Assembly: GCF_963921235.1 (NCBI RefSeq)
Contig: NC_086108.1
Span: 102,674,001 to 102,738,000, forward strand
Source: Mobula hypostoma
Taxonomy: Eukaryota
DNA length: 64,000 bases
Direction: 5' to 3'
The notes under the pieces: model-generated
The model's input: only the letters and a program-made list of their open reading frames with translations
The model's database searches: none
What the model was told of the DNA's origin: nothing
Shown: in pieces, positions 12,981 to 24,659 of the stretch
How positions within the stretch are numbered: the first letter of the stretch is position 1
Layout of the letters: the number at the start of each line of letters is the position of its first letter
Position numbers and translations under genes: made by a program

Positions 12981-14300
12981 TAAGATTCAAGATTCAAAAA
13001 ACTTTATTGTCATTCTAACCGTACATCAGCTCTGCAGGGCAGAATGAGACAGCGTTTCTCAGGAGCAGTGCAATCATAACATAGCAAACACAACACTAAA
13101 TAATAAACATAATAATAAATAGTAAAACACAACAGCCACATGTCAGTTAAAATCAAGTTATAAGTGTCCAGTGCAAGTTAAAAGTGTCCAAAGCAGAGTC
13201 AGCTAGAGCAGCTATTTAGCAGTCTGACTGCCTGTGGGAGGAAGCTGTTTAGTAGCCTTGTGGTTTTAGTTTTGATGCTCCTGTAACGTTTGCCTGATAG
13301 CAGAAGAACAAACAGTTCATGGAGAGGTTGTGAGGGGTCTTTAATGATGTACCGTGTCTTCTGGAGGCATCGACTCTGAAAGAGGTCTTGGACAGAAGGT
13401 AGGGAGACCCCAATAACCTTCTCTGCTCCCCTAACCACCCTCTGCAAGACTTTTCTGTCGACAGCACTGCAGCTGGAGCACCAGGTTGTGATGCAAAAGG
13501 TCAGCACACTCTCAACCATGCCTCTGTAGAATGTAGTTAAGATGTTAGTGGGGAGTGATGCTTGTTTAAGCTTCCTCAGAAAGTGCAATCTCTGCTGGGC
13601 CCGTTTCACAATCCCAGTGGCGTACCTGGACCAGGTGAGATTGTCCGAGATCTGCACCCCAAGGAACTTGATGTTTTCCACTCTCTTCACTGTGGAGCCG
13701 CTGTTGCTGAGGGGTGTGTGCTCAGGCTGAGACCGTCTGAAATCGACGATCATCTCCTTGGTTTTGGTGACATTAAACATCAAGTTGTTATCCCTGCACC
13801 AGCTCTCTAGGTGTTTGACCTCCTCCCTGTACCTTGTTTCATCATTTTGGCTGAAGAGCCCCACCACTGTGGTATCATCAGCAAATTTAATGATCAGGTT
13901 CTCCTTGAATCTGGCTGCACAGTCATGTGTTAGCAGTGTAAACAGCAATGGGCTAAGCACACAGCCTTGTGGGGATCCAGTGCTCAGTGTGATGGAGTCA
14001 GAGATGTTCCTGCCAACACGGACTGACTGTGGTCTCTCCGTCAAGAAATCCAGAATCCAGCGACACATGGCAGTGCTAAGGCCAAGCAGCGACAGTTTCT
14101 CCACTCGTCTCTGCGGGATGATAGTATTGAACGCTGAACTGAAATCAATGTACAGGATTCTGGCATAAGTGTCTTTGTTGTCCAAGTGAGAGAGAACTGT
14201 GTGCAGTGTGGTGGATATTGCGTCCTCCGTAGAGCGATTTGGACGATAAGCAAACTGTAGAGGATCCAGTGATGAGGGGAGGCTGGCTGTGATATAAGCC
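12981..14300 (-). mobile_element. Rex/Babar-like LINE with an unbroken RT domain (5'-truncated)
   Basis: 372-aa ORF 13199-14317 with [30 protein letters not shown] and KFADDT motifs; (TTGAATC)n tail at about 12981. Confidence 0.9.
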
Positions 14301-14674
14301 AGAAAACCTAAGATCACTCCACTACTGGTCTTTCCAATAATATCGTGGAATCCTTCACATCCACCATAGCACCATAGAAGACATAAGGATTCAGGTTAAC
14401 GTCTCAGAAAGTCTCCATTGTACTGTAAGCTAGAACGTTTAGGCTCAAGTCTTTTTAGCAGGTGTTTGAACACTACCTCCTGGCTCAGCATGTCGCTGTT
14501 CATACCTGCATCTTGGATTAGCTGCGTTATTCTCAAACTGCTGCAGTGAGATTAGAACTCATGTTTTGACACATTTTGTTGGAGCAGCACAGTAGCATAG
14601 TGGTTAACGTAGCACTTTACATTACAGGCGACCTGGATCCAATTCCCGTCGCTACCTGTAAGGAGTGTGTATGT

Positions 14675-15225
14675 CAGACATCCCCCCTCTCCCGAAAGTT
14701 CAGGGAGTCTCCCGCATATTAATAGTGGCTCACTGATGCCCGCAAGTTATATACAATATCACGGAAATCAATTTTTTTGAGAGCGAGCGAGAGAAAGCAA
14801 GAGAGAGCACACGCGAGAGCGAGCAAGTGAGCGAGAGAGAAAGCAAGAGCACGCGAGCGACCATGAGAAAGAGAGAGAGCGCGCCATGGCAGAGTGTTCC
14901 AAAAAAAAACGTACGTCACCCCAGACTACACTAAAGAGTACCCCTGCCTAATAGGGGTCAAAATAATGACAGTGTTGCTCGCTGCACTGTTTGCAACAGT
15001 GACTTTTCTATTGCCCATGGTGGGTTAAGACTGTAAAAGACATGTTGAGGTGAGTTTAACAGGTGTCATTCGTTCATTAGCATAGCTAACGTTATTTAAT
15101 CTCTGTTTGTAGCTGGCTAGCTGCTAGGAGCTACTCTATTGCAGACATCCCACCACTCCCGGAAGTCTCCCGCAAATTGATGGTGCTACCTCCCTGAAAT
15201 GAGTTTTTTCGGGGTGGGATGTCTG
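14675..15225 (+). mobile_element. Non-autonomous hAT-like DNA transposon, 6-bp TSD, inserted in a V-SINE
   Basis: TIR cagacatccc...gggatgtctg; TSD gtatgt/gtacgt; BED-finger-like relic; internal TIR copy at 15142. Confidence 0.8.
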
Positions 15226-16162
15226 GTACGTTCTCCCTGTGACCGCATGGGTATCCTGCAGGTGATCCGGTTTCCAGTTTCCTCACACATTCTAAAGATG
15301 TATTGGTTGGTTGGTTGATTGGTCTTGTAAATTGTCCCATGATTAGGTTAGGATTAAATCAGGGGATTGCTGGGCGGCGTGGCTCGAAAAGCTAGAAAGG
15401 CCTGTTCCATGCTGTATCTCAATAAATAAATGAATTATGAAATAGACATATTTAGAAAAGTAACTAATAATTTAAATACTGCACAATCAATATTACTTGC
15501 CAGCAATGAAAGCTAGTTTCCTCCCAATGCTGAATAAAGATTGGCTCATTCATCTCCTTCAGTCAAATAAATCAGCCTGGATTTTTGCCCAAAGTCATTC
15601 TTACCCATACAATTGGGTCCATTGACTTTCTGGGATGATCTAATTTATTTGAATGCATTGGTCTTGTTAATGCTAATGTGGCTCAGAAATCACCAATGCA
15701 GGTTTTTAACTACTGGTCATTACTTGCAATTAATCATTTCTTCCTTGAACACAAACTGTATTGGAAGGTTTTGTCACATTTCCATTTCAAAAATTATGCG
15801 GTGAACGTGAGATGGATTGTAATGGATTGATGTATTAGTAGGTTGTACATTTCCTTAATAAGATGTGATTGTATTATTAATGGTCGCTCTACAGCTCTCC
15901 TGATGGTGAGAGCTGAGTTATAAATTTTGCTGAAGTCCAGCTTTGATTGTTTAATGACTTCAGTTAAAACAGAAAGAACATGTCCACGTGACTGCTGTGT
16001 TATGACACCAGGCTAGTAATCCAGATGATTGCGCCAGTAATCTGGTTAAAATATGAGTTCTACTCCCACTGCAGCAATTTGTGAATTTCAATTTCTTAAA
16101 TCTAGTATAAAAGTAACTGGAAAAATATTACTTTTATTTGTCACATGTACATCATAGTAAAC

Positions 16163-16469
16163 GCATCCGTTAGTCTTGTGAGACCATGGATCTGCGCCTG
16201 GAAAGTCTTCACTCTCCAGGGCGCAGGCCTGGGCAAGGTTGTATGGAAGACCAGCAGTTGCCCATGCTGCAAGTCTCCCCTCTCCACGACACCAGTGTTG
16301 TCCAAGGGGAGGGCATTAGGACCCATACAGCTTGGCACCAGTGTTGTCGCAGAGCAATGTGTGATTAAGTGCCTTGCTCAAGGACACAACACGTTCCCTC
16401 GGCTGGGGCTCGAACTCACGACCTTCAGGTCGCTAGTCCAATGCCTTAACCACTTGGCCACGTGCCCAC
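16163..16469 (-). mobile_element. tRNA-derived SINE with RTE 3' tail
   Basis: Near-identical to 32967-33277 and 26164-26444; TSD catgtacat(c/t)ata at 16144-16156 and 16470-16482. Confidence 0.85.
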
Positions 16470-16695
16470 CATGTACATTATAATCTATATTGAAATGCAG
16501 TGCTTGCATCAACAAGCAACACAGTCCAAGAATTGTGCTGGGGGCAGCCTGCAAGTGTCAACATACTTCCAGCACCAACATAGTTTGTCCACAACTTACT
16601 TACCCTAACCCTAACTTGTACATCTTTGGAATGTGGTAAGAAACCATAGCAGCCCAAGGAAGCCCAAAGGGTGAATGTACAAACTCCTTACAGAC

Positions 16696-16983
16696 CGCAA
16701 TAAATGCTGGAGGAACTCAGCAGGCCAGGCAGTATCTGCAGAAAAGAGTAAACAGTCGACATTTCGGGCCGAGATCCTTCATCAGGACTGTCCCAGTCGC
16801 TGTTACAGCTCCAGGATTCTCGCTCCTCCGCCTACAATGGATCAGTTCTGCTGAAGGGTCTCAGTCCGAAATGTTGACTGTTTACTCTTTTCCATTTGAT
16901 GTTGCTTAGCCTGCCGAGTTCCTCCAGCATTTTGCATGCACTGCTTTGGATCTCCAGTGTCTGCAGATTTTCTCGTGTTTGTG
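16696..16983. mobile_element. Palindromic PLE-derived mini-element with two hammerhead-like motifs, 11-bp TSD
   Basis: Inverted arms (about 16702-16790 and 16843-16930) around a ~50-nt spacer; TSD tccttacagac at 16685-16695 and 16984-16994; sits inside a SINE. Confidence 0.85.
16753..16790 (-). ncRNA. Minimal type I hammerhead ribozyme-like motif (PLE terminal repeat)
   Basis: Reverse complement CAGUC-CUGAUGA-A-GGAUCUCGGCCC-GAAA-U-GUC-GACUG: perfect 5-bp stem I, conserved core and GUC cleavage triplet; stems II and III each carry a mismatch. Confidence 0.65.
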
Positions 16984-17452
16984 TCCTTACAGACAGCAGT
17001 AGGATTTGAACCCTGATTGCCGACACTGTAAGGCATTACACCAACTGCTGCACGACCCGGCCAATATTTTTAAATTGTCAACGATCTTGTATTCACCATG
17101 AACCTTCTGTGATTTTAAAAAATGAGTTTAAATCCTGTTTAGATAGGAAACCAGTTACACTAAGCTACTTGTAATCTCTCAGCCACATCCCAAGCATGAC
17201 TGAATTGCAGTTGTTCTCTAAAAATGCCTTGCAAGCCATTCAACCGTGAAGGAAGAAACTAGGCATGGGGAGCAATAGGTCTACCAAGTCACCCTTCACC
17301 TGTAGATGCTGTCAGTTGTGGGGAGGGCTGTGCCAATGATGGAATGCCTTTCCTCCACTATTCTTGCAGTCATGTGCCTGCCAGCCTGTGATGCAATGGG
17401 TCAGGATACATTTAACAGTGCTTGTTGGAGTATTTTGTGTCATGACAGATCT

Positions 17453-18019
17453 ACACACAGTGGCCACGTTATTAGGTGCCTCCTGTACCTAGTAAAGTAG
17501 TCACTTTGTGTACGTTCATGGTCCTCTACTACCGTAGCCTAAGCATTTCAAGGTTCAGCATGTTTTGCATTTAGAGATGCTCTACTCACACTACAGTTGC
17601 AAATACATGGTTATTTGAGCTACTGTCACCTTCCTGTCAGGTTGAACCAGTCCTGCCATTCTCCTCTGACTTCTCAATAAGAAGGCGTTTTTGCCCACAA
17701 AACTGCTGCTCACTGGATATTTTTTTAAATGTTTTTTTGCACCATTCTTTGTAAACTCCACAGGCAGTGTTGTGTGAAAATCGCAGGAAATCAGCAGTTT
17801 CTGAAATACTGAAATCACTCCATCCAGCACCAACAATCATTCCACAGTCAAAGTCACTTTGATCACATACCTTCTTTATTCTGATGTTTGGTCTGAACAG
17901 TAACTGAACCTCTTGACCATGTCTGCATACTTTTATGCATTGAGTTGCTGCCACATGATTGGCTGATTAGATGTTTGCGTTAATGAGCAGGAGCACCTAA
18001 TATAGTGGTCACTTGTGTA
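17453..18019 (-). mobile_element. Non-autonomous Tc1-like DNA transposon
   Basis: Inverted termini acacagtggccacgttattaggtg / cacctaatatagtggtcacttgtgta with TA flanks; relic transposase N-terminus (SDFDCGMIVGA...SISETADFLRFSH...RRMAGLVQPDRKVTVAQIT). Confidence 0.75.
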
Positions 18020-18934
18020 AAGCTTCCAAGAAAGTAGAGGTACAGCCAACTCAACCTCCTCAGTCCTTCCTTATCAAGTAGTGAACCTCCTTTAAGCTAT
18101 CCCAGGTGCAATTAAAAGTCAAAACCATATTTAGTAAAATAAATTACTCCATGTCTGGTCTCACTACTACATAAAGAGCAAGCACAGTGTCCCATGCCAC
18201 GAGCAAGGCAGAGTCAGCAAATCCGTTTACAAGACCTGCTCAGTTTCTCCCCAGCTCTGCTGAACAGCGAAAGCTGGGAAGTTCCTTTTTGTCAATGGAT
18301 CACGTCCTTTTTGTTAGATGGACCAGTTAGATCATTTATGAAGGAAAACAGAATCATAAAGCCAGCCGAGTGTGGAGTAAATCACTGCACAGTGAAATGA
18401 GAATGAAATGAATGCAGAAGTGATAGCTAGATTGTCACAGTCGGCCGAGCCGCCGTTCAACCTTTAGATTCTGCAAAAACACTATTCCTTGTTATTAACA
18501 CAGCACTGCCTCTGCTTCCAGTAACAGCATATTCATAGAGTGTCGAGGACATGCCTTATGAGTTCTAAATTATTCTTTCGGCCATAAATCTTGCTTCTGA
18601 TGGTTGTCTTGGGCCTTTACTCAGCTCCGTTCTATTGCACTACAGACCATTGACTTGCTCAGAGTGGCTGCGGGCACCTCACTGGTTACCACCCAAACTG
18701 CTGCATTGGCTGGCCCCAGGCAGCTTAATTGCTGCACATCACATTGAGTCAGTGCCCTGACCACTCATTAATATCCTTCCCCAGCCCACCCCTAACTCCT
18801 CTGAACTGGGCTGCTTGACGTGTTAGTATCCCTGGATGGTGACCACTAATCTCTCCGACCAGTTGCAACCTGGACTCTGTGAGTGCGTGTCACATAGTAC
18901 TGCACAGGGATTGGCGGTGAAATTTCTGTCATGT

Positions 18935-19610
18935 ATAACATAGATCAGTATTGCACAGGAACAAGCCCTTCCGCCCACACAAAGGCAATGTCAACCATGA
19001 TGCCAAATTAAACTAATATACTATTTTTTCATCTTATGGTCTTATATCATCCTGCATGTGATCCATATCCTTCCATTCTCTGCCTGTTCACACATCTGCC
19101 TAAATGCATCTTGAACATCACTATTGAATCTGCTTTCACCACCTTCCCTGATCTTGCTTTCCAGGCCCCCAACATTATCTGTGTTAAAAATAAATTACCT
19201 CACACTTATTTGAAGATTTCCAGCCTCACCTCGAATCTTTGATCTCTAGTATTAGGCTTTTGCGTGTTGGGAAGAAGATTTTATCAACCCTTCTGTGTCT
19301 TTCATAATTTTATAAACTTCTCTCAAGTCTCTTCTCAGCCCGCAATGCTCCAGAGAAAACAACCAATGTCTTTTCAAATTCTACTTATAGGTAATACTCT
19401 CTAATCCAGACACCATTCTGGTGATTCTTTTCTGCACCCTCTCAAAGGCCCCACATCCTTCCTGTAATGTAATGGACCAGAAATTCACACAATATTCCAA
19501 ATGTGGCCCAGTCAAAGTTTTATGCAGCTGTAACATAATTCTCCAACTTCTATTCCAAATCAATGAATTGAAGCCATATGCCTTTTTTTTACCACCTCAC
19601 CCACTCGTGT
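18935..19610 (-). mobile_element. Old CR1 3' fragment
   Basis: MLQLHKTLTGPHLEYCVNFWS...ERVQKRITRMVSGLE. Confidence 0.8.
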
Positions 19611-19694
19611 TGTGGATAGATGGGCAGGTGATAGATAAGGACTTGCACATCAATCCTCCTAACATCAATCCTCCTCCTATTGGCATTTACAATT

Positions 19695-20075
19695 GACTTC
19701 CCCCTTATACCAACTGAAATGGGTATAACAGCTGTACCTCCAGTTCCTTCCTCACCACCATCTAGGGACCGAAACAGCCACTCCAGGTGAGACAGAGGTT
19801 AACTTGCTCCTCCTCCAACTTGATGTCAGACATTCAGTGCCTGCGATGTGGCCCCTACATTAATAAGCTTGGCATACATTTGAAATGCATCCGGTTTCTG
19901 TCCCCAAAAGAAATCTTGAGCTTCCGTTTACATGTCATTTCAGCTTTCCTTCCCATTTCCATACTGACGTGTCTGTCCTCCCCTTCACTGTTGCTACAGA
20001 GAAACCAAGCACAAGTTGGAAGATGGAAATCTCATGTTCATCTTGGTAGTTTATAACCCAATTGAGCATTCCAAT
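19695..20075 (+). mobile_element. Decayed Penelope-like GIY-YIG fragment
   Basis: GPKQPLQVRQRLTCSSSNLMSDIQCLRCGPYI..., homologous to the PLE at 1910-3022. Confidence 0.65.
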
Positions 20076-20324
20076 TTCAGGTTATCAAGCCCTCCGTGCT
20101 CTCCTCCACACACATTCACCTGTCAGCCCATTTGCCATCCTTTATCTCCCGTCTCCCATCTCCTATCCTCCATCCTTCATCTCTCCTCCTCCATCCTCCA
20201 TCTCCCCTCCTCCTTCCTCCATCTCCCCTCTCCATCCTCCATCTGGTTTCACCTGCCATTTATTCAGTCTCTTTTTTAGTTCCACCTATTACCTCAATGC
20301 CCCATCCTATATATCCAGTCCTCC

Positions 20325-20545
20325 CTCATCTGACTCCATCCGCCAATCATCCCCTCTCCATCTGACTCCATCCGCCAATCATCCCCTCTCCATCTGACTC
20401 CATCCGCCAATCATCCCCTCTCCATCTGACTCCATCCGCCAATCATCCCCTCTCCATTTGGTTCCATCTGCCAATCATCCCCTCTCCATCTGACTCCATC
20501 CGCCAATCATCCCCTCTCCATCTGGTTCCATCTGCCTATCATTTA
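20325..20545. repeat. 32-bp minisatellite, about 7 units
   Basis: Unit ctccatctgactccatccgccaatcatcccct recurs in register at 20331, 20363, 20395, 20427, 20459, 20491 and 20523. Confidence 0.95.
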
Positions 20546-21286
20546 GTTCCATCCAGCACTTACCATCCCTCTTTCCCACACACGTTGCTCTCCTCATCTT
20601 ACTGCACCTATCACCTATCAGCTTCTATTCCACCCTTCTTGTACTGGTACATAATAGTAATATCTCAAAGATCAAAAGTTCGAAGTAAATTTATTATCAA
20701 TATACTTGTATGTCACCATATATCCTGAGATTCTTTTTCTTTCTGGCATTGTCAGTAGAACAAAGAAATAGAATAGAATCAATGAAAAACTACACACAAA
20801 GAAAGATTGACAAACAAAATGCTGCTCACACCTCCACAGATATTTCTTGACCTATTGAATTCTTCCAGTGTTTTGTATGTTTCTCCAGATTCCAACATTG
20901 GTTGCTTCCTTTGCCTTTCATCCTAATTTCCTGCATTCTCACGAATGATGCCAGGGCACCATCTGAACTCCCAGTTTAAATTTACACATTCACCTGAATC
21001 CGGCTTCAGCTCAACAGCTTGACAAAAGTAATAATCGCGAAATTTTCAAGACCATTCCGTGTAAGCTGCCATATTCTTTAGATTGACTATAAATGAACAA
21101 AATCAGAGCAGACACCTATTGCAGATAACAGAGTACCTTCACTGCCTTCCTGCATGAAGTATAGTCAAAAATCACTGCTTTTTAACTCAGCGTTCATCGG
21201 CCCAAATGAACAACTTAACACAAGAAACTGACGCTATTTAAAATCTTTGCTCTAAGCATGGTGTCGTGTCTAAAGATTATGATATA

Positions 21287-21585
21287 ATCCGTTAGTCTCG
21301 TGAAACCATGGATTTGCACCTTGGAAGGTTTCCAAGGTGCAGGACTGGGCAAGATTGTATGGAAGACCGGTAGTTGCCCATGCTGCAAGTCTCCCCTCTC
21401 CATGCCACCGATGTTGTCCGAGGGAAGGGCATTAGGACCCATACAGCTTGGCACCGGTGTCGTTGCAGAGCAATGTGTGGTTAAGTATCCTGCTCAAGGA
21501 CCCAACACGCTGCCTCAGTCAAGGCTCGAACAAGCGACCTTCAGATCACTAGACGAACACCTTAACCACTTGGCCACGCGCCAAC
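21287..21585 (-). mobile_element. tRNA-derived RTE-tailed SINE, inside a probable pogo/Tigger-like relic (about 21030-21783)
   Basis: Same family as 16163-16469; host ends in cccaattaaccagaatcctctgTA, a TIR-like end with TA. Confidence 0.75.
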
Positions 21586-22113
21586 TCTACACACGTGTAT
21601 TTGACTGATGCTAGTTAGAAGCTGTTTGGCAACAGTCTCCTGAACCAATTAAGTGGCATTGTGTCCCAAATAAACAAATGAAATCCTGGCTATTTTCTCG
21701 ATTAGTATTTGTTCTTTAAGCATTATCCCAAATAAATGGCTGCCCCAATTAACCGAGAGCCCAATTAACCAGAATCCTCTGTATTTGCAATTTTTTTTAG
21801 TTGATATTGACTGGATCCATACTACAGTCCCAAACTTTAGTCAAGGGTTTAAGTCCTATGGTTATAGATGTCCATAAATGCCCTCACTTTAGAGAGTTTA
21901 TACTATATCAATCTATAATTGAAAGACTAATTTAGTCTCTTTCTTGAATACGTGTAACTGTCAATAATCACCATTTCGATAGTTGAGTCAAAGTTCAAAG
22001 TTCAAATTAAATGTACTGTCGAGCTACATATATCTTACCATATACTACCTCGAGATTCATTTTCCTACAGGCATTTACAAAGAAAAAGAAATACAATAGA
22101 ATTTATGAAAAAC

Positions 22114-23680
22114 TGTTGTGTCTGTGCACAACTACAAATATATTAAATAAAAGCACACATGCAGGAGATGGCTTTAACTGGTGTATTCACATTGCAGCAA
22201 GAGCGAGAGAGAAAGAGAGAGAGTAATGCACATGCACAGACAAAATATCAATACGTAGTGCTAAGGAGGGGTGTGCTGACTTGAAATATCTGATGCTATT
22301 TTTCTTCACAAACAGTCAGAATTCCTCTGACATGTGTTGTGGTCCGTTGTCACTCACAATTTTTCTGGTAAGCCATTTCTGGCTAAGATGGTCCTCAGAG
22401 CGGAGACAGTCTTTGCTGAGGTGGTTGATTTCATTGGTATAACCACCAGCCACTTTGAAGGAGCATCCACAGCAATCAGAAACATGGAGTCCATTAAATG
22501 CCTAGCAAAGTCAATATTTACTCTTTGCCATGGTGAAGATGACCGCTCCCATAGGTGTAACAGTGCCTGTGGGAAAGCATTTTGAACTTTTTGGCATCCT
22601 GACCAGCTTTTGACCAAGTCTTCAATCTGTTTATCTATTCCCGGCCACCACACGTAGCTTTGAGTGAGACTCTTCATCTTGACTGTACCCAGGTGTCCTT
22701 CGTACAGAGTTTCTAACACCCTGGTGTGCAGTTTAGAGGGAACCACAACACAAGATCCACACATCAGCATTCTTTTATATACCAACAGTTGCTTTTGTCT
22801 TCCTGAGAACTCTAGAAACATAGGGTTACCATGAGCTGGCCATCTTTGCATGGTGATGTCATAGACTTTTGACAATGTCGGGTCATTCCTTGTTTCCCTT
22901 GTATTTCAGAATTTGTTACCAGCAACTGGTCCACCATTGTGGTGTGGAACACTTCTGCTGTGTCACAGAATGAAGACTTCTCTCCTTCAGTTGCCAACAG
23001 TGGAAGACATGAGACGCCATCTGTATTGCTGTGTTGTTTGAAACCCTTGAATGTTATGTCATAAGAGTGGGCTCCTAGGAATAGTACCCAACATTGTAAC
23101 CAGGTAGCGGTCATCACTGGAATTCCCTTCCTGGGATTAAAAATGGACACAAGGGGCTGGTGATCTGTCACTGGCATAAATTTTTGTCTCTAGAGGTGGA
23201 ACTTCTTTATTCCCCATACTTGCCTTCTGTGCATGTCAGTGATCTTGAAGCAAACACAATTGGCCATTCAGATCCATCTTTCATAATGTGTCACAAAATG
23301 GCGACAATGGCCAGTCTGATGGGCAGGGATGGGTCACAATAGGTGAGCAGTTCATCTGATGTTATTAGTCTCTTTGTTTCCTTGAATGCTTTTTCACATC
23401 TTTTTGACCATTCCCACTTTCCTCTTATCTATAGCAGTGCATTCAATGGATGCAGCACTGTAGCGATGGTTTGGAGAAATTGGTGGTACTAGTTTACAAG
23501 GCTCAAGTATGACCTGAGTTGTAACACATTTTCCAGTTTGGGTGCCTGTAGCACTGCTTCATTCTTCACTTGTGACTTATGGAAGCAATGCTTGTCAATG
23601 ATATGTCCACAATATGAGATTTCATTCTTGAAGAACTCACATTTCTCTCTCTTTGCACGCAGACCATACTGTATCCACAC
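22114..23680 (-). mobile_element. Decayed Gypsy LTR retrotransposon (RT C-terminus, RNase H, integrase, partial 3' LTR)
   Basis: ORFs EKCEFFKNEISYCGHII, VTDHQPLVSIF and GHLGTVKMKSLTQSYVWWPGIDKQIE...PWQRVNIDFA; LTR end matches the reverse complement of 52360-52437. Confidence 0.85.
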
Positions 23681-23954
23681 GATCAGTGCCTCTCATCATC
23701 TGATACACCTCTATTAGGTCACCTCTCATCCTCCGTCACTCCAAGGAGAAAAGACCAAGTTCACTGAACCTGTTTTCATGAGGCATACTCCCCAATCCAG
23801 GCAACATCCTTGTAAATCTCCTCTGCACCCTTTCTATGGTTTCCACAGTTGCCTTATCCTCCCTTTAGGATATTCTCAATTCTCCATTGCCAGGGCTGAG
23901 AGGTACCAGTAAATTCATTTATTATGATTACGTATGCTGTGGTACAGTGAAAAA

Positions 23955-24392
23955 CAAAAGATACAAGAGATGCTGGAAATCCAGAGCAATATGCACAAAA
24001 TGTTGGAGAAACTCAGCAGGTCAGGCAGCAGTCAATGTTTCAGGCCGAGATCCATCATCAGGACTGGACAGGAAGAGAGAAGAAACCAGAATTAGAAGGT
24101 GGGGTGAAGGGGGAAAGGAGTACAAGTTAGAAGGCGATAGGTGAAGCTAGGTGGGTGGATAAGAATTAGGGAGGTGATAATTGGAAGAGGCAAAGGGCTG
24201 GAAAAGAAGGAATCTGATAGAACAGGAGAGGGGATCACAGGAGAAAGGGAAGGAGGAGGGGCATGGGGCGGTGATAGGCATTTGTGGAGAGGAGGAGAGG
24301 TAAGAGGTGAGCCAGAGTAGGGGATGGAAGAAGAGAAAAGGGGGAGGGGAAAAACTACTGGGAGTCAGAGGAATTGATGTTCATGCCATCAG
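23955..24392 (-). mobile_element. Penelope-like element 3' end
   Basis: Terminal repeat with a degenerate hammerhead motif at about 24029-24067 and a purine-rich 3' UTR like 1910-2300. Confidence 0.75.
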
Positions 24393-24659
24393 TAAAAATC
24401 TTTGGCATGTGATCCACCCAGATCATTTCAGCACATCAGTATATTGAGGTGGTGTAACATAATCAAAGATCCCACACACCCTGGACAGTCTCTGTTCTCT
24501 CAAGTTGAGAGTTGAGGACAGAGCTTAGCATACTGCAGAAACCAACCTTCCCTCCCATAGACTTCCCTACACTTCCCACTGCCTCAACAAAGCACCCAGA
24601 TTCAGCAGTCCTCCTACGCCAGATGTTTTCTTCTTCTGTTCCTATCAAACAGATTAGAG

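Noticed and set aside
16145..16483. Recurrent 100-150 aa ORFs (ASVSLVRPWICAWKVF...) at 16145, 21300 and 32889
   Set aside because: Antisense reading of the SINE family; no protein motif.
16600..16615. (CCCTAA)2 telomere-like motif
   Set aside because: Only two units, inside a SINE; not an interstitial telomere.
20325..20545. CRISPR-like periodicity
   Set aside because: Head-to-tail repeats with no unique spacers, in eukaryotic DNA with no cas genes.
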